Origin: Craspedostauros australis
Lineage: Eukaryota
Assembly: GCA_030167865.1 (NCBI GenBank)
Contig: JALAGF010004357.1
Location: 1 to 60,206 of the forward strand
Length of the DNA stretch: 60,206 bases
Reading direction: 5' to 3'
In this document: piece by piece, positions 1 through 12,825 of the stretch
Layout of the letters: each line of letters opens with the position of its first letter
Position numbering within the stretch: position 1 is the stretch's first letter
The notes under the pieces: model-generated
The model's input: only the letters and a program-made list of their open reading frames with translations
Database searches by the model: none
Told to the model about the DNA's origin: nothing
Position numbers and translations under genes: made by a program

Positions 1-2784
1 CGGCTCAAGTACGTCATGCGCAGGTTCCTGCAGCTACTATGCAGCTACTGCCCCGTCGTCATCGCCGTCGAAGATCTGCAATGGGCCGATCAAGCATCCC
101 TCAACATGATCCAATCATGGCTGCTGGACAGCGACAACACATCCCTCACCATCATCGGATCCTATCGCTGCAACATGCTCGATGAGAACCCGACCCTCAA
201 GGCAACGCTGGAGCTGCTCGAGAAATCCAAGCGAGAACGATCCATCCGCATCGTCGACCTTCCCGTCCGCGATCTGGATGAAGACCAGGTCGAAGAGTAC
301 TTGGCACGGGTGCTCACGGTGTCGTCCGTCTCCACCTCATCCACTCCCAACTTGGATGATGATGACGCTGCAGCCCATAGCATGCCGAAAGATCAGCTCC
401 GCCAGCTTGCCAAGTTGGTACATGCCAGAACGGGAGGCAACGTATTCTTCATGCAACAGTACCTCGAGTCGCTCGTGAAAAGCAACTTGATTCGGTACGG
501 ACGCAACAGCTCCTCGTCCTCACCACCACTGTGGACATGCGATCTCGAGAAGATCGGCGTCGATTCCGCGACAATCACCGCTGATGACATCTTCGCTCTC
601 ATGAGGAGCAAGTTTCAGGAAGCGACGACCGCACATCGATTCCTCTGCGTCGTGGCATGTCTGGGTGCGACATTCTCCTTTGGCAATGTCTGCACAGTGT
701 TGAAGGGACTAACCATCCATTCTGACCACTCGAGGTTCTTCCGCAGGGTCTTCGAAACCAAGACCTTCATGAGCGATCCTCAGATCCGCTCCATGCTCGA
801 CGAATGCTGCCGGGAGGGTCTGATCCAAAAGATCACGAATCAGCCATCGCAGTCTGAATCATCCTCCACTCACAAGGATCGTCGTAAGAGCCGGCGTGGG
901 TCCAAGACCTACGGTCCATCGCAGAAATTCGTCTTCACCCATGACAAGGTCCAGGAAGCAGCGCTTTCGATGGCACCGACACCAGAAGATCTCTCCGAGC
1001 TCAAGTACCGAGTCGGTGAGGTGCTGCTGTACGGACTCAACGACGATGAGCTGGAGACGAAGATCTACGTCGTGGTCAACCTTCTCAACACACGACCAGA
1101 TCTCATGCCGAACCATCACAAGATGGAACGCAGGATGAAGATCGCAATGCTCAACTACAGTGCTGGATTGAATGCGGTCAAGTCTTCCGCATTCCATCTG
1201 GCCTCTGTGTACTTTAGGGCAGCCATCGATCTGCTGCCACATGAGCACTGGAGCAACTCGTTGGATCAGAGCATCGAGCTGTACTCGTCCGCGGCTGAGA
1301 GTTGCTTCGTCACATCCGGCTTCGCGCAAGCACAGGCTTACTGCGAGGTCGTCATCAAGCAGAAGTGCCCGGTGATCAAGAAGGTGAAGGCCTACCACGT
1401 TCTTGCTGACATCTGCCTCGTCAACACCACAAACTTCAACGACGGGATGACTGCTGTTGACATCTACGTCAATCTGCTGTCCGAGCTTGGCTGCAACTTC
1501 CCCAAATCCAAGGCTGGACGTACATGGTACACCATCCGAGGCTTGATGGGAGCCAACAGAATGGTGAAGACACTCGAGACTCATATGAAAGACAAGCTGC
1601 CGCTCTCCGAGGATGAGCACAGCATGGCTGTGATGAAGACTTTGGATAAGCTTGGGGCCGCCTCGGTGTTGACGGAGCCAGACATTGTCGGGCTGATTGT
1701 GATCAAAACCCTCCGGCGTAGCATCAGCGGAGGTATCACGCCCAACACGGCCCCTGCGCTCGCCTTCCTCAGCATTATCGTCGGTTTTGCCACGGGAGAC
1801 TTTGACGGTGGCCAACGATGTGGTGAGATCGGAATGAGCATGCTCAACGCCACGGACAACCGAGATTTCGACAGCCGGACAATCTTCAACTTCTACGCCA
1901 ACACCTACCACTGGAAGAACCCGCTAGAGAACGCTATTGAGCCGATGATGGAGGCCTACCGGCTTGGTATGGCCTGCGGCGACATGGAAGCCGCCATGTG
2001 GGCATTGGGCTCATTCCTCAGCATCTCCTTCCAGACTGGAAAGCCCTTGGCCAAACTGGATTCCGAATTCATGGTTTACACCAACGTCATGCTCGACTTC
2101 CAGCTCAGCCTCCAGCACAAGATCACATGCATCATCTGGCAATGCGTCCTCAACCTCCGCGGCTCGTCACGCCACACGACCAAGCTGATCGGAGAGGCCT
2201 ACGACATCAACAAAGATGCGTATCCGGATGACCACGAGCTGGCTCCTCTCACCAACACCATACAGAGCGCGTACACCCTGTACGTTGCATCAATCTTCGG
2301 CGACCACGAGGTCGGCGCTTCGATTGCTGTTACATCCTGTTTGGGTTGGGTGAAGGAGATCACTGGCGGGTATTCTCTGCCCCAGTTCCTGTTCCACGCG
2401 GCGCTGTGCTGCTTCGCCATGGCACGCACCTCGAAGGACCGCAAGTACATCAGCACTGCAAGGAGCTGCGTGAAGCTGCTCAAGACATGGGCCAAGAAGG
2501 GATGTCCCAACTTCCCTCACAACATCCTGCTGCTCGAGGCCGAGGACAAGGACCTGAGGAAGCAGCGCACGAAGGCGGCATCATCGTACGAGAAGTCCAT
2601 CAAGGTGGCCAAGGATCTGAAGCGTCTCCAGGACGAAGCGATCGCGAATGAGAAGTATGCTGCGTTCCAGAGGCGTCGCGGCAACATGGATGCGGCGAAC
2701 GTGTATTTGGAGGAGTCGATCCGGCTGTACCGCCGCTGGGGCGCAAGCAAGAAGGTGGAGCAGCTGCTGTCGATGATGCAATGA
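1..2784 (+). CDS. COG3899/AAA_16-type STAND P-loop ATPase with helical TPR-like C-terminus (HstK-like ATPase module); 5' truncated
   Basis: Frame is open from base 1 (RLKYVM...). Walker B VIAVEDLQWAD, GxP-like RTGGNVFF, winged-helix motif FVFTHDKVQEAA, ACGDMEAA, and a family-typical end YRRWGASKKVEQL. Walker A lies upstream of the window. Confidence 0.8.
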   Translation, partial: RLKYVMRRFLQLLCSYCPVVIAVEDLQWADQASLNMIQSWLLDSDNTSLTIIGSYRCNMLDENPTLKATLELLEKSKRERSIRIVDLPVRDLDEDQVEEYLARVLTVSSVSTSSTPNLDDDDAAAHSMPKDQLRQLAKLVHARTGGNVFFMQQYLESLVKSNLIRYGRNSSSSSPPLWTCDLEKIGVDSATITADDIFALMRSKFQEATTAHRFLCVVACLGATFSFGNVCTVLKGLTIHSDHSRFFRRVFETKTFMSDPQIRSMLDECCREGLIQKITNQPSQSESSSTHKDRRKSRRGSKTYGPSQKFVFTHDKVQEAALSMAPTPEDLSELKYRVGEVLLYGLNDDELETKIYVVVNLLNTRPDLMPNHHKMERRMKIAMLNYSAGLNAVKSSAFHLASVYFRAAIDLLPHEHWSNSLDQSIELYSSAAESCFVTSGFAQAQAYCEVVIKQKCPVIKKVKAYHVLADICLVNTTNFNDGMTAVDIYVNLLSELGCNFPKSKAGRTWYTIRGLMGANRMVKTLETHMKDKLPLSEDEHSMAVMKTLDKLGAASVLTEPDIVGLIVIKTLRRSISGGITPNTAPALAFLSIIVGFATGDFDGGQRCGEIGMSMLNATDNRDFDSRTIFNFYANTYHWKNPLENAIEPMMEAYRLGMACGDMEAAMWALGSFLSISFQTGKPLAKLDSEFMVYTNVMLDFQLSLQHKITCIIWQCVLNLRGSSRHTTKLIGEAYDINKDAYPDDHELAPLTNTIQSAYTLYVASIFGDHEVGASIAVTSCLGWVKEITGGYSLPQFLFHAALCCFAMARTSKDRKYISTARSCVKLLKTWAKKGCPNFPHNILLLEAEDKDLRKQRTKAASSYEKSIKVAKDLKRLQDEAIANEKYAAFQRRRGNMDAANVYLEESIRLYRRWGASKKVEQLLSMMQ

Positions 2785-3250
2785 GAGGGGTAGAATGGGA
2801 TTAACACCAGATTCCTGATTGCATTGCATAGTTACTGTAAATACACGAAGCAACAAATATGAGTACGATGACTCGACTTGTACCGTACCATCGGATTTGT
2901 CGAGGCTTATACCCATGAATGAATCCACGTACTCGAGATTCGTTTGCCTGCAAAGATCTCGCGCGCTGCTCGAAACTGCTCAATCCGTGTAGCCTTCGCG
3001 CATGTTCTCGTGCTCCAGGCTGTGGCATAGTCGTACACATCATTGCTTCCTCGTTGGGTTCCACGCTCTCTGTTCTTCTTCTATTCTATGAGGATTGGCG
3101 GAACATGATGGAGTTTCATCGCCAAATCTACCATCATCGCGATTCGCGAAATGTCCAGTTCTCAACGAACTTGAAGGCATGAAATCGTCAGAGGGTCGCT
3201 GCAATGTCGGCGCCCGCTAAAATCGTCCATCGCATGACACTCCATTGCCC

Positions 3251-5072
3251 CTAAAGGAATTGGACCGCCAAACGATCTATGAAACTCACTGGAATATCGC
3301 TGGCCTCCTTTTCTTCGACGTGCGTTGTTGCCCAAGCCTCGTGATGTGCTTGGCGCCCATGCACGATTGTCAGGCTGGATTGGTCGCGTGCGGTCGGTGA
3401 TCCGATCCAGGCGTCCAAGATGCTCGCAACCGCCTTCGGCGCTTCATGATTCGGGCAATGGCCAGCGTTCTCAATCTCGATGTAACGATGCACCTTTCCA
3501 GGCAGACGCTTGTCCAAGGCCTCCATCATGGCCTTTGCGAAGGCTGGCTTGCACCATGGATCATCTTTGCCGAAGACAAGCATCACATCGCAGTTCACCG
3601 CTCGCAGGCAATCCTTGAAATCCGGCTTGCGCTTTTGGATTCCAGGTACCTGCAACGGTGGAGACCAGAGGATGGAGGCGAATGCAGCGTGTCCTCCATT
3701 GCCCAAGGTGCAACCTCGAATTTGGTTCATCTATTGATCCAGCCCACAGTGTGTGGTAAGCAAAAGTGTGGCGCATGAATAATCGTGAGTTGCGAAGTCA
3801 CGAGGGTATATTGTTATTGCTGGTGACAATTGATACGTGAATACGATGCGGATCGTTCAACTGCAGCATACCCAACGTGCGTACAGAATTTGTGTGGAAG
3901 AAATGTAGACCGATGACGCACAGGGGTATGTTGTGGGGGCTTGCGCTTCTCTGAAAACAAGAAAGCGGTGAAGCATCATCATCTTTGTCGGACTCGTATC
4001 GCAGCAGGAAATGAAGCAGCATCAACGACCTTGGCGGAAATCGAACTCACCAGCTCCGTATTGAACGCCTTCGTGTTTGAGTACGCAGCCTTGAGATACT
4101 GTTCGATGGTTCCCAAGTCACGAATGCGATCGAATAGGTACCGTCCGATGCGTCGCGGTATCGACGGCGGTGGCAAAACACCGGACCACCCTGGAAGGTT
4201 CAGACCCCACACCGGAGTCGGATTCAGCAGACAAATGCTTTCGACCAGGTCAGGTCTGCGCGCCGCCAAGTGCGCCGCAAGGTGTCCGCCGACCGAGTTG
4301 CCCACCAGGTGCACTTTCGTCGCAGTTCCTCCTTGCGCCTTGGCATTCTTCAACACGACCTGCTCAATGAAGGTCGTCAATTGATCAATCCAGCTAACAT
4401 GAATTGTGTGTGGCAATCGAGAGTGCGGTAGAACGCAGACATGTATTGTCCATATGTGCGTCAACACAATTTCGGTGAGCATTTGAAGTGATGTTGAATT
4501 GGGTGGAGTTGCGCATGGCAGCAGTCAGAGCTGTGTACTTCGTGGAGCATGCAATGAGAGCACCGAAGAAGATATTGCACAATTCATTTCCAGCAGCCCG
4601 CACAGGCCGCATCAACTCACGTTTCTGCAGAATAGATCAAGCCGCATTCGTTGGGAGAATTGCCATCGTCGCAATCCATGGGCCAACTCTTGCCTTGTCC
4701 CAGGTAGTCAATGCAGTAGACCAATCGATCGCGCTGGTCGGTGCCGTCCGTGAACCATTCCTCAATCAACCTGTGCTGATGGAACGATCCGACACCAAAT
4801 CCATTGAGGAGGATGATCGGTTCCTTCGAATAATCGACGAGAATCGGCGCCAAGTCTTCCAGAGCCTCGCCCTGCACCTCTTGCGCATTGCTTGGCTGTT
4901 GCAGTCCTTGCCCACTCTGTCCGCCAAGCTGCCGCCGCGACAGACCGCGGCTGATCTCGTAGGCGATGTCATGACCCTGGAACGACCATGATTTCGATTT
5001 GATGGAGAATGACTTGCATGCCTCCGCCAGCACCAGCACGCGGAGCAACGGCAGCAAGATCCGTATCCGCAT
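3251..5072 (-). CDS. Alpha/beta hydrolase, pheophytinase-like, probably plastid-targeted; 3 exons (5072-4621, 4393-4051, 3730-3251)
   Basis: LLNGFGVG oxyanion motif, IDYLGQGKS, GNSVGG nucleophile elbow, GKDDPW, AGHCPNHE. GT-AG introns 4620-4394 and 4050-3731 keep the frame (SAET-WIDQ, TEL-MNQ). N-terminal signal peptide ends at a CKS-F junction. Confidence 0.85.
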
Positions 5073-5864
5073 TGTGAATTCGATCCGGCAGAAAGCCCGA
5101 TTTCGCTCTTCGATCTCTCTGTGCGTCCCTGTTGTGGTGCTGTGGCTGCCTGGATGATTGTGCTCTCCAACCTCCTTGCTGTTCTATCACGTTAACTTCT
5201 GACGTATAATACTGTTATAGTCGTATGCATTAGTAGTCGTACAGTGCCATCCGCCGACAAGTTGCTGTGAGTAGTCGTGTGATGGAAAGATCTCCGACCC
5301 ATCAACTACGTTGATGTCATGTTGTGGCAGAGATGCGGAGATGGCGGTTGTGTCGGTTGGCGAGTTGAAGTTGTGATTCCAATCCCGTGTCGAGAAAAGA
5401 GGGTTCTCGTCCCAGTCGATTCACGGATATCCTGGATTATCGACCCATGCGAACACATTGGTTGTTTCGGAAGTTTCCGGATTTGGTTTGTGGAACAAAG
5501 ACAGACATACATACAGACAGACAGACCATACTCTGTTGAATGAACAAACAGACAGCGATCGTCGAAACACGCTGACTGCCAAAACACACGATGTGAAGGA
5601 AACCTCCTGCTGACGAGCGCAAAAAAACGCACGAGACTCGTATTCTGTTTTTCCCCGTTGCGTTTTGTTCGACAACTGATGTGAGAATGATCAAGGGACC
5701 TTCGTCACCCCGCGATAGTTGTTCACCAATGTGTCACAAGTGTGACCTGTTTGCTTTCCTACTTTTGCTTATACCTTCGCCTTCTCTCTGATGTGCTGGG
5801 ATGCGCGATGCGTGGCCACGGTTTTGGTGCCAAAGGCTCGGGCTGTTCGCTTCGCTCTTTGGTC

Positions 5865-8800
5865 TCACTGCCCCCCATCTTCAAGAACAACAGCAGTATC
5901 AGGATTATCATCACCCTCTTGTGCTTGTGGCGCCGGCGTGTTATCGGCCCCTTCTGGCGAGTTTGGTGCTTCAGGCTGCATGACCGCCACCGCCTTTTCC
6001 TCCAGGAGCATGTTCAGCTGGTTCCTGTAAAGCTCCTTCACATCTACAATGTCGGAATGGAGGCCTTGGATTTCCTGCGCCTGCTCCATGTTGTCCTGCT
6101 CCAGCTCCTGCACCCTGGCATCCATGCTGCTCAGCTTCTCCTTCGCACCTCGTTCCGTAACGAGCTCTTCCAGCAGCTGCTCTCTGGTCTTTTCAGATTC
6201 CCGAAGACTGGCGCGCAGGGCCTTGCACTCCACTTGCGCCACCTTCAGCTTCGATGTGAGCTGCTCGTGCGCCGCGAAGCTTGCAATTCCTGTTTGCTCG
6301 CCTGCCGATGACACTGTGTTCATTGCCGTGTCTTCATCATCGTCGTCGTCATCGTCATTATCGTCGTTGTATTCGTCGTTGCCGTCGTCCAATCCGACGA
6401 GGGCACCCGCCAGAATATCTGCCTGACCTTCTGCCTTGCGCAGCTTCTTCGGCTTGGCTTCGCGGATAGTCTTCACCGGTGCTGCCATCAAGGTGTTGGC
6501 GGCATTGTCCAGCAGCTGCTGGATCTGCTGCTCGAGCTGGCCCTTCTTTTCTCGCTCGGTCGTCAAGCTCGATTCCAACCGATCGATCTGGCTGCGGTAC
6601 CGTTCCTCGCTGTCCATCACGGTCTGAGTCATCTCGCTGCGAACCCGCGCAACGCCTTCATTGGCCAAGCGTTCCATCTCGAGGTAGTCCTTCTGTCGTC
6701 GTTCCGCCTCCTCCTCCATCACCTTCATCTTCTTTTGCAACGCGTGTGTCGTCTCCAAGTTTTCTTCGTACCTGATCCGCAAGGCGTTGTGGGCCTTGTC
6801 ACGTTCACCCGCCACTACCTCCAACCGATGCACCTGGCTCTTCAATTCACCCAACTCCTTGTTGGACGATTCGCTCTTGATAACAGCTTCGTCAAGCGCA
6901 GATCGCAAGCTGATCTCTGTTTCTTCCCACAGCTTTGCTCTGGCGCGTTGCTGACGTTCCTTGCTGTCCAGCTGGCGCAGCAACGGTGCTGTGCTTTGTT
7001 CGATATCCACGCTCAGCGCTGCGAGCATGGACAGAATATGGAGAAGAGTACCAGATGTATAATTGAGCACAACAATTGTCATGTGAGTGGAATGATGCCG
7101 CCATGACGTCGAGCCGTGCGAGGGTAAGCAACATGATCTTGCAGTGTGACACAGGAACGCAAACACATGACGCATTCGCAGACGAATTTGTGCGACAGAA
7201 CCTACCATCGTTTCGGCGCACGGCGTCCTCCCATCGTTTCCTCATCTCGCTGACTTCGTTCTGCAAGGCATCCTCGCTTGCCGCGGCGTCCTTCTCCTTG
7301 GCGCGGAGCTTTTGCTCCAAGTCGGCGATGATGTCATTATGCTCGCGACGCAGCTTTTTGGATTCCTTGGCGGCTTCGATGGCAGCCGATTTCTGCGACA
7401 TCTGCGCCGTCGTCTTCATGTCCTTCGTCTGCGCCTTGAGCTCCTTGATCTCCTGCTCCAACGTCAGGATCTGCGCGGCCTTCAGTTCGGCGTCGGATCG
7501 CGCCTCGAGCAGATCGTTCTCCAGTTTTCCCGCAGTCGATTCTCCCTTGCGCGCCGAAGTGAGCGCCTCCTTCGTCGCCTTCAGCTCCGCCGTGAGTTCC
7601 TCCACCTGCTCTTGCGCATTTTCGCGCTCGATGGTCTCATTTTCCAAGCTGATGCTCAATGTTCGCACCTCCGTCTTGGTTTGGCGCACGATTTTCTCCA
7701 TCTCCGACTGCTTGATGGCGAGCTTCTGACCTTCATCTCGCAGCTCGGCGATAATCTCAGCCTGTTTGTCGCTGCTCTCGGAGGATTGGTGCGCCTTCGC
7801 CGTCAACTTCGCCTCGGCAGCCTCGCAGCGTTCCTTGGCTCGCTGGATGCGCTTCTTGGCTTCGTCCTTTGTGTTCTGAATCTGCCTCTTGAGTTCGGCC
7901 TCGTCGGTCTCCCACATGGACTGAAGTTCCGTGAGCTGCTCCGCCTTGTTGCTGAGCTGATTTTCTCGCAAGTGGACCAGCGTTTTGAGTTCTTCGATCT
8001 GCTTCTTCAGAGCTGCATCACCCTCCGCGTTTGCGGTCGCACTGATGTCCGCCATGGCCGTGCTGGATGGGTCCGTGAATGTGGTTGTGGCACCGCCATT
8101 GGAAAATCCCGTGTCCGGCGTCATCGGTGGTGCGCTCTTTGACAGTGCCGCCGGCGCTTCGGCTCTTGATTTCTTGTCGATCGCTAATCCCGTGTCTGGT
8201 TGCGCTGCTTCTGCCGGCGATTTTCCGTTGCTCGTGGGAGCATCTTGGGTGGATGGCGTGGCTGCGTCCTTGCTGGTGGTGGCGTCATCCTTGCTATCAA
8301 TTTGATCGATGTCAGGATCGTCATCCCAACCGCCATCTCCATCGCCCACATCGAAATCATGATCGCTCGCTTCGGCCGTCTGCGGTAGCTGATCGGTGGG
8401 CGCATCGTCATTCTCCACCGCCTGCGTGATGAGCGCATCTGCCTTCTGCAGGAAGGAGGATCCCAAGGACGGCGCCGCCTTGGAGAAGGAGGAGAACATG
8501 CTGGAAGCAGAGCTGAGCGCGACTCCCGTGGATGACGTGGTCGGCTGTAGGTTGCGCACGCTGTCGCTCGGTTCCGGTTGGGATACCGATGCGGGTGTGC
8601 CAACCGCCTTGGTCACGCTGGAGAACAAGTTCGAGGCCACAGACAGAGTCGCCGCGGAAGAAGAGGATTTTGCCGGAGTTTCTGGGATCGGTTCTTTGTC
8701 AACGTCATCGGCTGGCAACTCCTCGGTTTGAACTGCTGGTGTGGAAGTGGCCTCTTTGGTCTGTGGTTGCTCGGTGGGAGCAACAATCGGGCTTTGAACT

Positions 8801-9651
8801 GCGTCATCTGCAACCTTTGCCTCTGACGGCGGTGCTTCTTCTTCTTGTGCTTCGGATGGCTTTGCTGCAGCCTCGGTTTCAGGCACAGCGGGAGCGGTAT
8901 CTTCTGTTGGCGTGGGTGGTGTTGGATCGACTGCTGGTTCTTTGGTTGATTCCGTCGGCACTTTCGCGGCCTCTTCTGAAGCCTTATTGTCAACGGACTT
9001 CGCTGCAGCAGCTGCGCCAGCATCATCTATTTCATTCGCATCCACGTCAACATCCACATCCACTTCAACATCGACGTCAATATCATCGTCTTCCGCAGAC
9101 CAACCATTTTCAGTGGGAGCGGCATCGGCATCATCCTTCTCAAGCGTGGCAAGCTTCGCCTTTGTAACTGACGCGACTCCGCCAACATCATTCGACGATG
9201 GTTTCACAGGGACATCTGCCATTTTCAACGGACCTGGCTGCTGCTGCTGCTTCATCGTTGGGGTTGCCACCGGAGCCGCTGCCGTTTTGGTTGCTGCTGG
9301 CAGAGCTAACTTGGAACCTTGCGACGTCGGCGGTGTCGCCACAGCCTTCGCTGGTGCTTTCTTTTCTGCTCCGAAATCATCTCCGAAATCGTCGTTGAAA
9401 TCATCCCATGCATTGTTCGGCGAGACGATCTTCTGCGCAGGCGCCGCTGCGCTGTTCACGGACGATGGCGCAGCATTGGAGCTGGTGCTGCTGACGCTGT
9501 GGTTGTATGCTGGGTTGGCATGGAAGGGCGTCGTCGCAGCAGCTTCGGCAGTTGCTGGTTTGCCATTATCATCCATGCCGACCGAGTCATTGATCTGCTT
9601 GTCGATGTTCGCCGCGAGCGACTTGGCCTTTTCGGCAAAGCTGTTCCACAT
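5865..9651 (-). CDS. TMF1: TATA element modulatory factor (TMF1/Sgm1)-like golgin; 2 exons (9651-7206, 7018-5865)
   Basis: N-terminus MWNSFAEKAKSLAANIDKQIN, long acidic disordered region, extended coiled coil, LRDEGQKLAIKQ, STAPLLRQLDS, C-terminal DIVDVKELYRNQL. GT-AG intron 7205-7019 joins RRND-ALSVDI in frame. Confidence 0.8.
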
Positions 9652-9900
9652 GATTGCGTTGCTCTTTCTCTGCTATGGCTTCCACAGTTATGCGTGCGTG
9701 TGTGCGTGTGTGCGGTGAAGTAAGCGTTGAGTAGAATATAGCAGAGTGTGGTGGAGTGTGGTGGAGTACTCCACAATAATCGTCGAGAATACTGTGTAGG
9801 TGGTTGCGCGCGAGTTGTTGGGATGAATGTCTCGGCCACGCCAATGACAGATGACCGTAGCTTTGCGGCCAGTTCCGAGATCGATGTGATGGATCCACTG

Positions 9901-9918
9901 TCTCTCTCTCTCTCTCTC
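9901..9918. repeat. (TC)9 microsatellite
   Basis: tctctctctctctctctc read directly upstream of the TMF-like gene. Confidence 0.9.
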
Positions 9919-10950
9919 CGCAACGGCACAGGTTGGTAACTCCGCTATCTCTGAAGAGACTCTTGTGTGCTGCCGTCTGCCTTTGCTGCTGCTGCCGTTT
10001 TGTACAACAGATCGTGTAGTACTTCTGTTCTCCTTCCTCTTGTGGATGCCCAGAATGATTCCAACCACCACAACCGTTGGGCCTCGGACACAGTCGATCT
10101 CGTGTCGGTCGCCTCTCTCTGTCTGCATGTTCCTGTGCTGATCTTCTCCCTCCACACCCACTCCCAGAATCGACCACAACTGCGCAAGATCTCCACGCGA
10201 CCCAACGCACAACGCGACTCTCCCATTGGCTGTGCAGCAATTCGCTGTGTTGTTTCGAAGCAATAATGCATTCCAATGGGTCGTCCATGTGATCGACTGC
10301 TGCGATTACTTCGAGGAGGGAAACTGTTGCCAGGAATCTAGAGGTCGCAAGCAAGCCAATCATTCTTCGTCAACTTCCATCCCCATCAATATCCTCGACC
10401 ATGGCGCAGTTGCGCTCAAGTCGCTCCTTCACAAGATTTGTGTTTGAAGATCCCCACCAAACAAACGACGATACCATCACTCTGTAGCCCGAATCGATCT
10501 TCTCGCGCATCTCGTATGCGCAGCTCGGATTCAAAGAAGCGAGTTCCACAGAAAAAGAAAAGCCCACCACGCCGATGTCCGGTTTGTTTGCGTGGCAGTC
10601 CCCTGCGCGTCCACCATTGTATCCATGCTTCGCGCCATGAACACGACCACAAATACTCTGCTCCACCTACGCTTTTCGTGTCTGCTTCTCATTGACATGC
10701 TCTCGGGTATTGCTGGGTCGAGCTAACCAACCAGGAGCGCACACAATTATGCTCGAATTGCATATTATACTATTCTAGAATACAACACGAACATGGCGCA
10801 CGGTGCACAATCGAGAAATGAAACTTCCTTGTGACATATTTGCATATTTGTCTGTATAATATATTGTTATATTATGTACTACTACCTACAATACTCCACT
10901 ACTCCAACGAGTGGCTCGTACGATCCGCTCTTGTCACAGCACCCCCTTGA

Positions 10951-12825
10951 TCATGAGGATGAGCCAATGTACGCGGGGTTGGTGGGATGACAGCGGAGCT
11001 CCCAGACGAATCCGAGTTGATTCAACCGCACGGCACGTTCCATGGTCATGTTCGACTTCATCCCAGAACGGAACAGCTTATACTGCCGACGTTGGCATTT
11101 CACCCACGTCGCCAGCTTCTGGTTGGGCGGGTAGTGGCTGGGGACGCTGCAATGTCCCTTCTGCTGGCGGAACTCTCGCAGCTCCTGGATGCGCTCCTCC
11201 CAAATGGCACCGTGCGAGTCCCAGACGAACATGATCCTGTTCAAAGCTTCGACGCGCTCCAGGGTCATCGTGGATGGCCTGCCCTCCTGCATCAGCTTGA
11301 ACTGGTACCGCTGGCGCTTGCACCAACGCGACAGCGACTCCTTCTCATTCTTGCGATGCGGGATCTGGCAATGACCGTGCACCTTCAGGAATGCGACCAG
11401 TTGCCTGTACCGCTCGTTCCACTGGTCTTCTTGGTATCCTCGAAAGCGAGGTTCCATGGTTCCCGCAGCGGCAGATGCTGCAGCTGGAGAACATGGAGAT
11501 GGTGGCCCCTGTTTGGGTTGCTGCAAATTGAAGTTGTCGGCTGCCTGTGCCAGGGATGCCCCGGCCGCGTTGTTTGGCTTGTTGCTGCCGTACTTGCTGG
11601 CTGCAGCGTTGAGCTCCAAGACCGGTGGATTCATCACCTGCTTGCCGTGGCAAGAAGCCTGCAACTTGGCATCCATCGCATCTGGCTGGCGCTTGGGTGT
11701 CGCAAGTTGTGGGTCGTGACGTGCCCGCTTGGGTGGACTGGGGACGAACTCGTCGTTTGCGATGGTGTGCTGCTGCGACGCAGACAAGGTTGCAGCAGTG
11801 CTGATGTGTGCTGATGACCTCTTCGCTCCATCGTTGTTGACCATGTCGGTATGGATGACGGGTCCATTTGGAGAAGTGGTCGAACGTGGTGGTTGATCGG
11901 CCGACATCCAAAGGGGGAAATTGTGCATGCCATCGCCTTCGTCGGCCCCGTTATTCGCCACCAGCATCATGAACTCGATGGGTCTGGGCTCGAAAAGGTC
12001 GCACAACGGATCGGTCATCGATCGTTGTGACTGCTCGTTGGATGTTGCGGCCGCCTTGACGGGCGTGATCTGTCTTGGTCGGCGATCAGTTCCCACTTTG
12101 TCAGAATGACAAGAACGAGAATGGTGCGAAGGTTCCGTAGCAGAAGGTGCGACAGAAGATGCGAATGCTTCAAAGGGTGAGGATGGCATAGTCGGTGTGA
12201 GAGGGTTGCCGTTGGTTCTGCTGCCGATGCTGGCCTGACCAATTTCGATGCCATCTCCGAAGATGTCATGGTCTATCTGGGATAGGATATTTTCGGTAAT
12301 AGCGCTGATGACGGCTGATGAGACGGGACTCTTGGTCTTTTCTCCCGGTGTCCAACCAGAGAACAACTCAATTGCATCTTGACTTCCTCCCTGGTTGAGA
12401 GGACGATTGCCGGTGTTGGTCTCGCGAGCGCTGGTGGTGGTTTCGCTCCTGGCTTGGTTGTTGTGATTGCTGCTGCAGGTGCTGTTGCTGTTGCTGCTGA
12501 GGCCTGGGGTGCTCATCTGTGTTGGAACGATGTGTGCTAATGCTCGCGGGGTATGAATGCCACCACTGACACGATCTGCAACCGCCGAGGCTTCAAGAGT
12601 GCTGAGCAAGAAGTTGATGTCGGTGAGAGATGTCAGGGCGCTTGCCGGTGAATCGAGATGCGGTTTGATGTTGCTGCCGTCCTTGCTCAGGGTTGGCAAT
12701 GTGGGTGCGGCGTTGCCCCAGTTGGTGATAACGTTGGCAGTGGTGACGATGGTAGGGTGCGGGGTGGCATGAGGAGCTGGCGCCGACGAGGTTGGAAACG
12801 AGAAAGGTGAAGGTGTCGACGTCAT
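10951..12825 (-). CDS. Helicase-associated (HA) domain protein with two C-terminal HA repeats; putative DNA-binding regulator
   Basis: QWNERYRQLVAFLKVHGHCQIP...LSRWCKRQR and WEERIQELREFRQQKGHCSVP...LATWVKCQRRQY...GFVWE. Long disordered N-terminus. Start uncertain: ATG 12825 preferred, ORF open to 13263. Confidence 0.85.
   Translation of the reverse strand: MTSTPSPFSFPTSSAPAPHATPHPTIVTTANVITNWGNAAPTLPTLSKDGSNIKPHLDSPASALTSLTDINFLLSTLEASAVADRVSGGIHTPRALAHIVPTQMSTPGLSSNSNSTCSSNHNNQARSETTTSARETNTGNRPLNQGGSQDAIELFSGWTPGEKTKSPVSSAVISAITENILSQIDHDIFGDGIEIGQASIGSRTNGNPLTPTMPSSPFEAFASSVAPSATEPSHHSRSCHSDKVGTDRRPRQITPVKAAATSNEQSQRSMTDPLCDLFEPRPIEFMMLVANNGADEGDGMHNFPLWMSADQPPRSTTSPNGPVIHTDMVNNDGAKRSSAHISTAATLSASQQHTIANDEFVPSPPKRARHDPQLATPKRQPDAMDAKLQASCHGKQVMNPPVLELNAAASKYGSNKPNNAAGASLAQAADNFNLQQPKQGPPSPCSPAAASAAAGTMEPRFRGYQEDQWNERYRQLVAFLKVHGHCQIPHRKNEKESLSRWCKRQRYQFKLMQEGRPSTMTLERVEALNRIMFVWDSHGAIWEERIQELREFRQQKGHCSVPSHYPPNQKLATWVKCQRRQYKLFRSGMKSNMTMERAVRLNQLGFVWELRCHPTNPAYIGSSS

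Noticed and set aside
859-1911. Long antisense ORFs (also 19203-20468, 10987-11814, 56360-57223, 50583-51326)
   Set aside because: Shadow frames opposite well-supported genes, expected from GC-rich third codon positions; no recognisable motifs.
9688-10695. Several overlapping short ORFs between the TMF-like and HA genes
   Set aside because: Inconsistent frames, microsatellite content, and no motif or convincing splice model.
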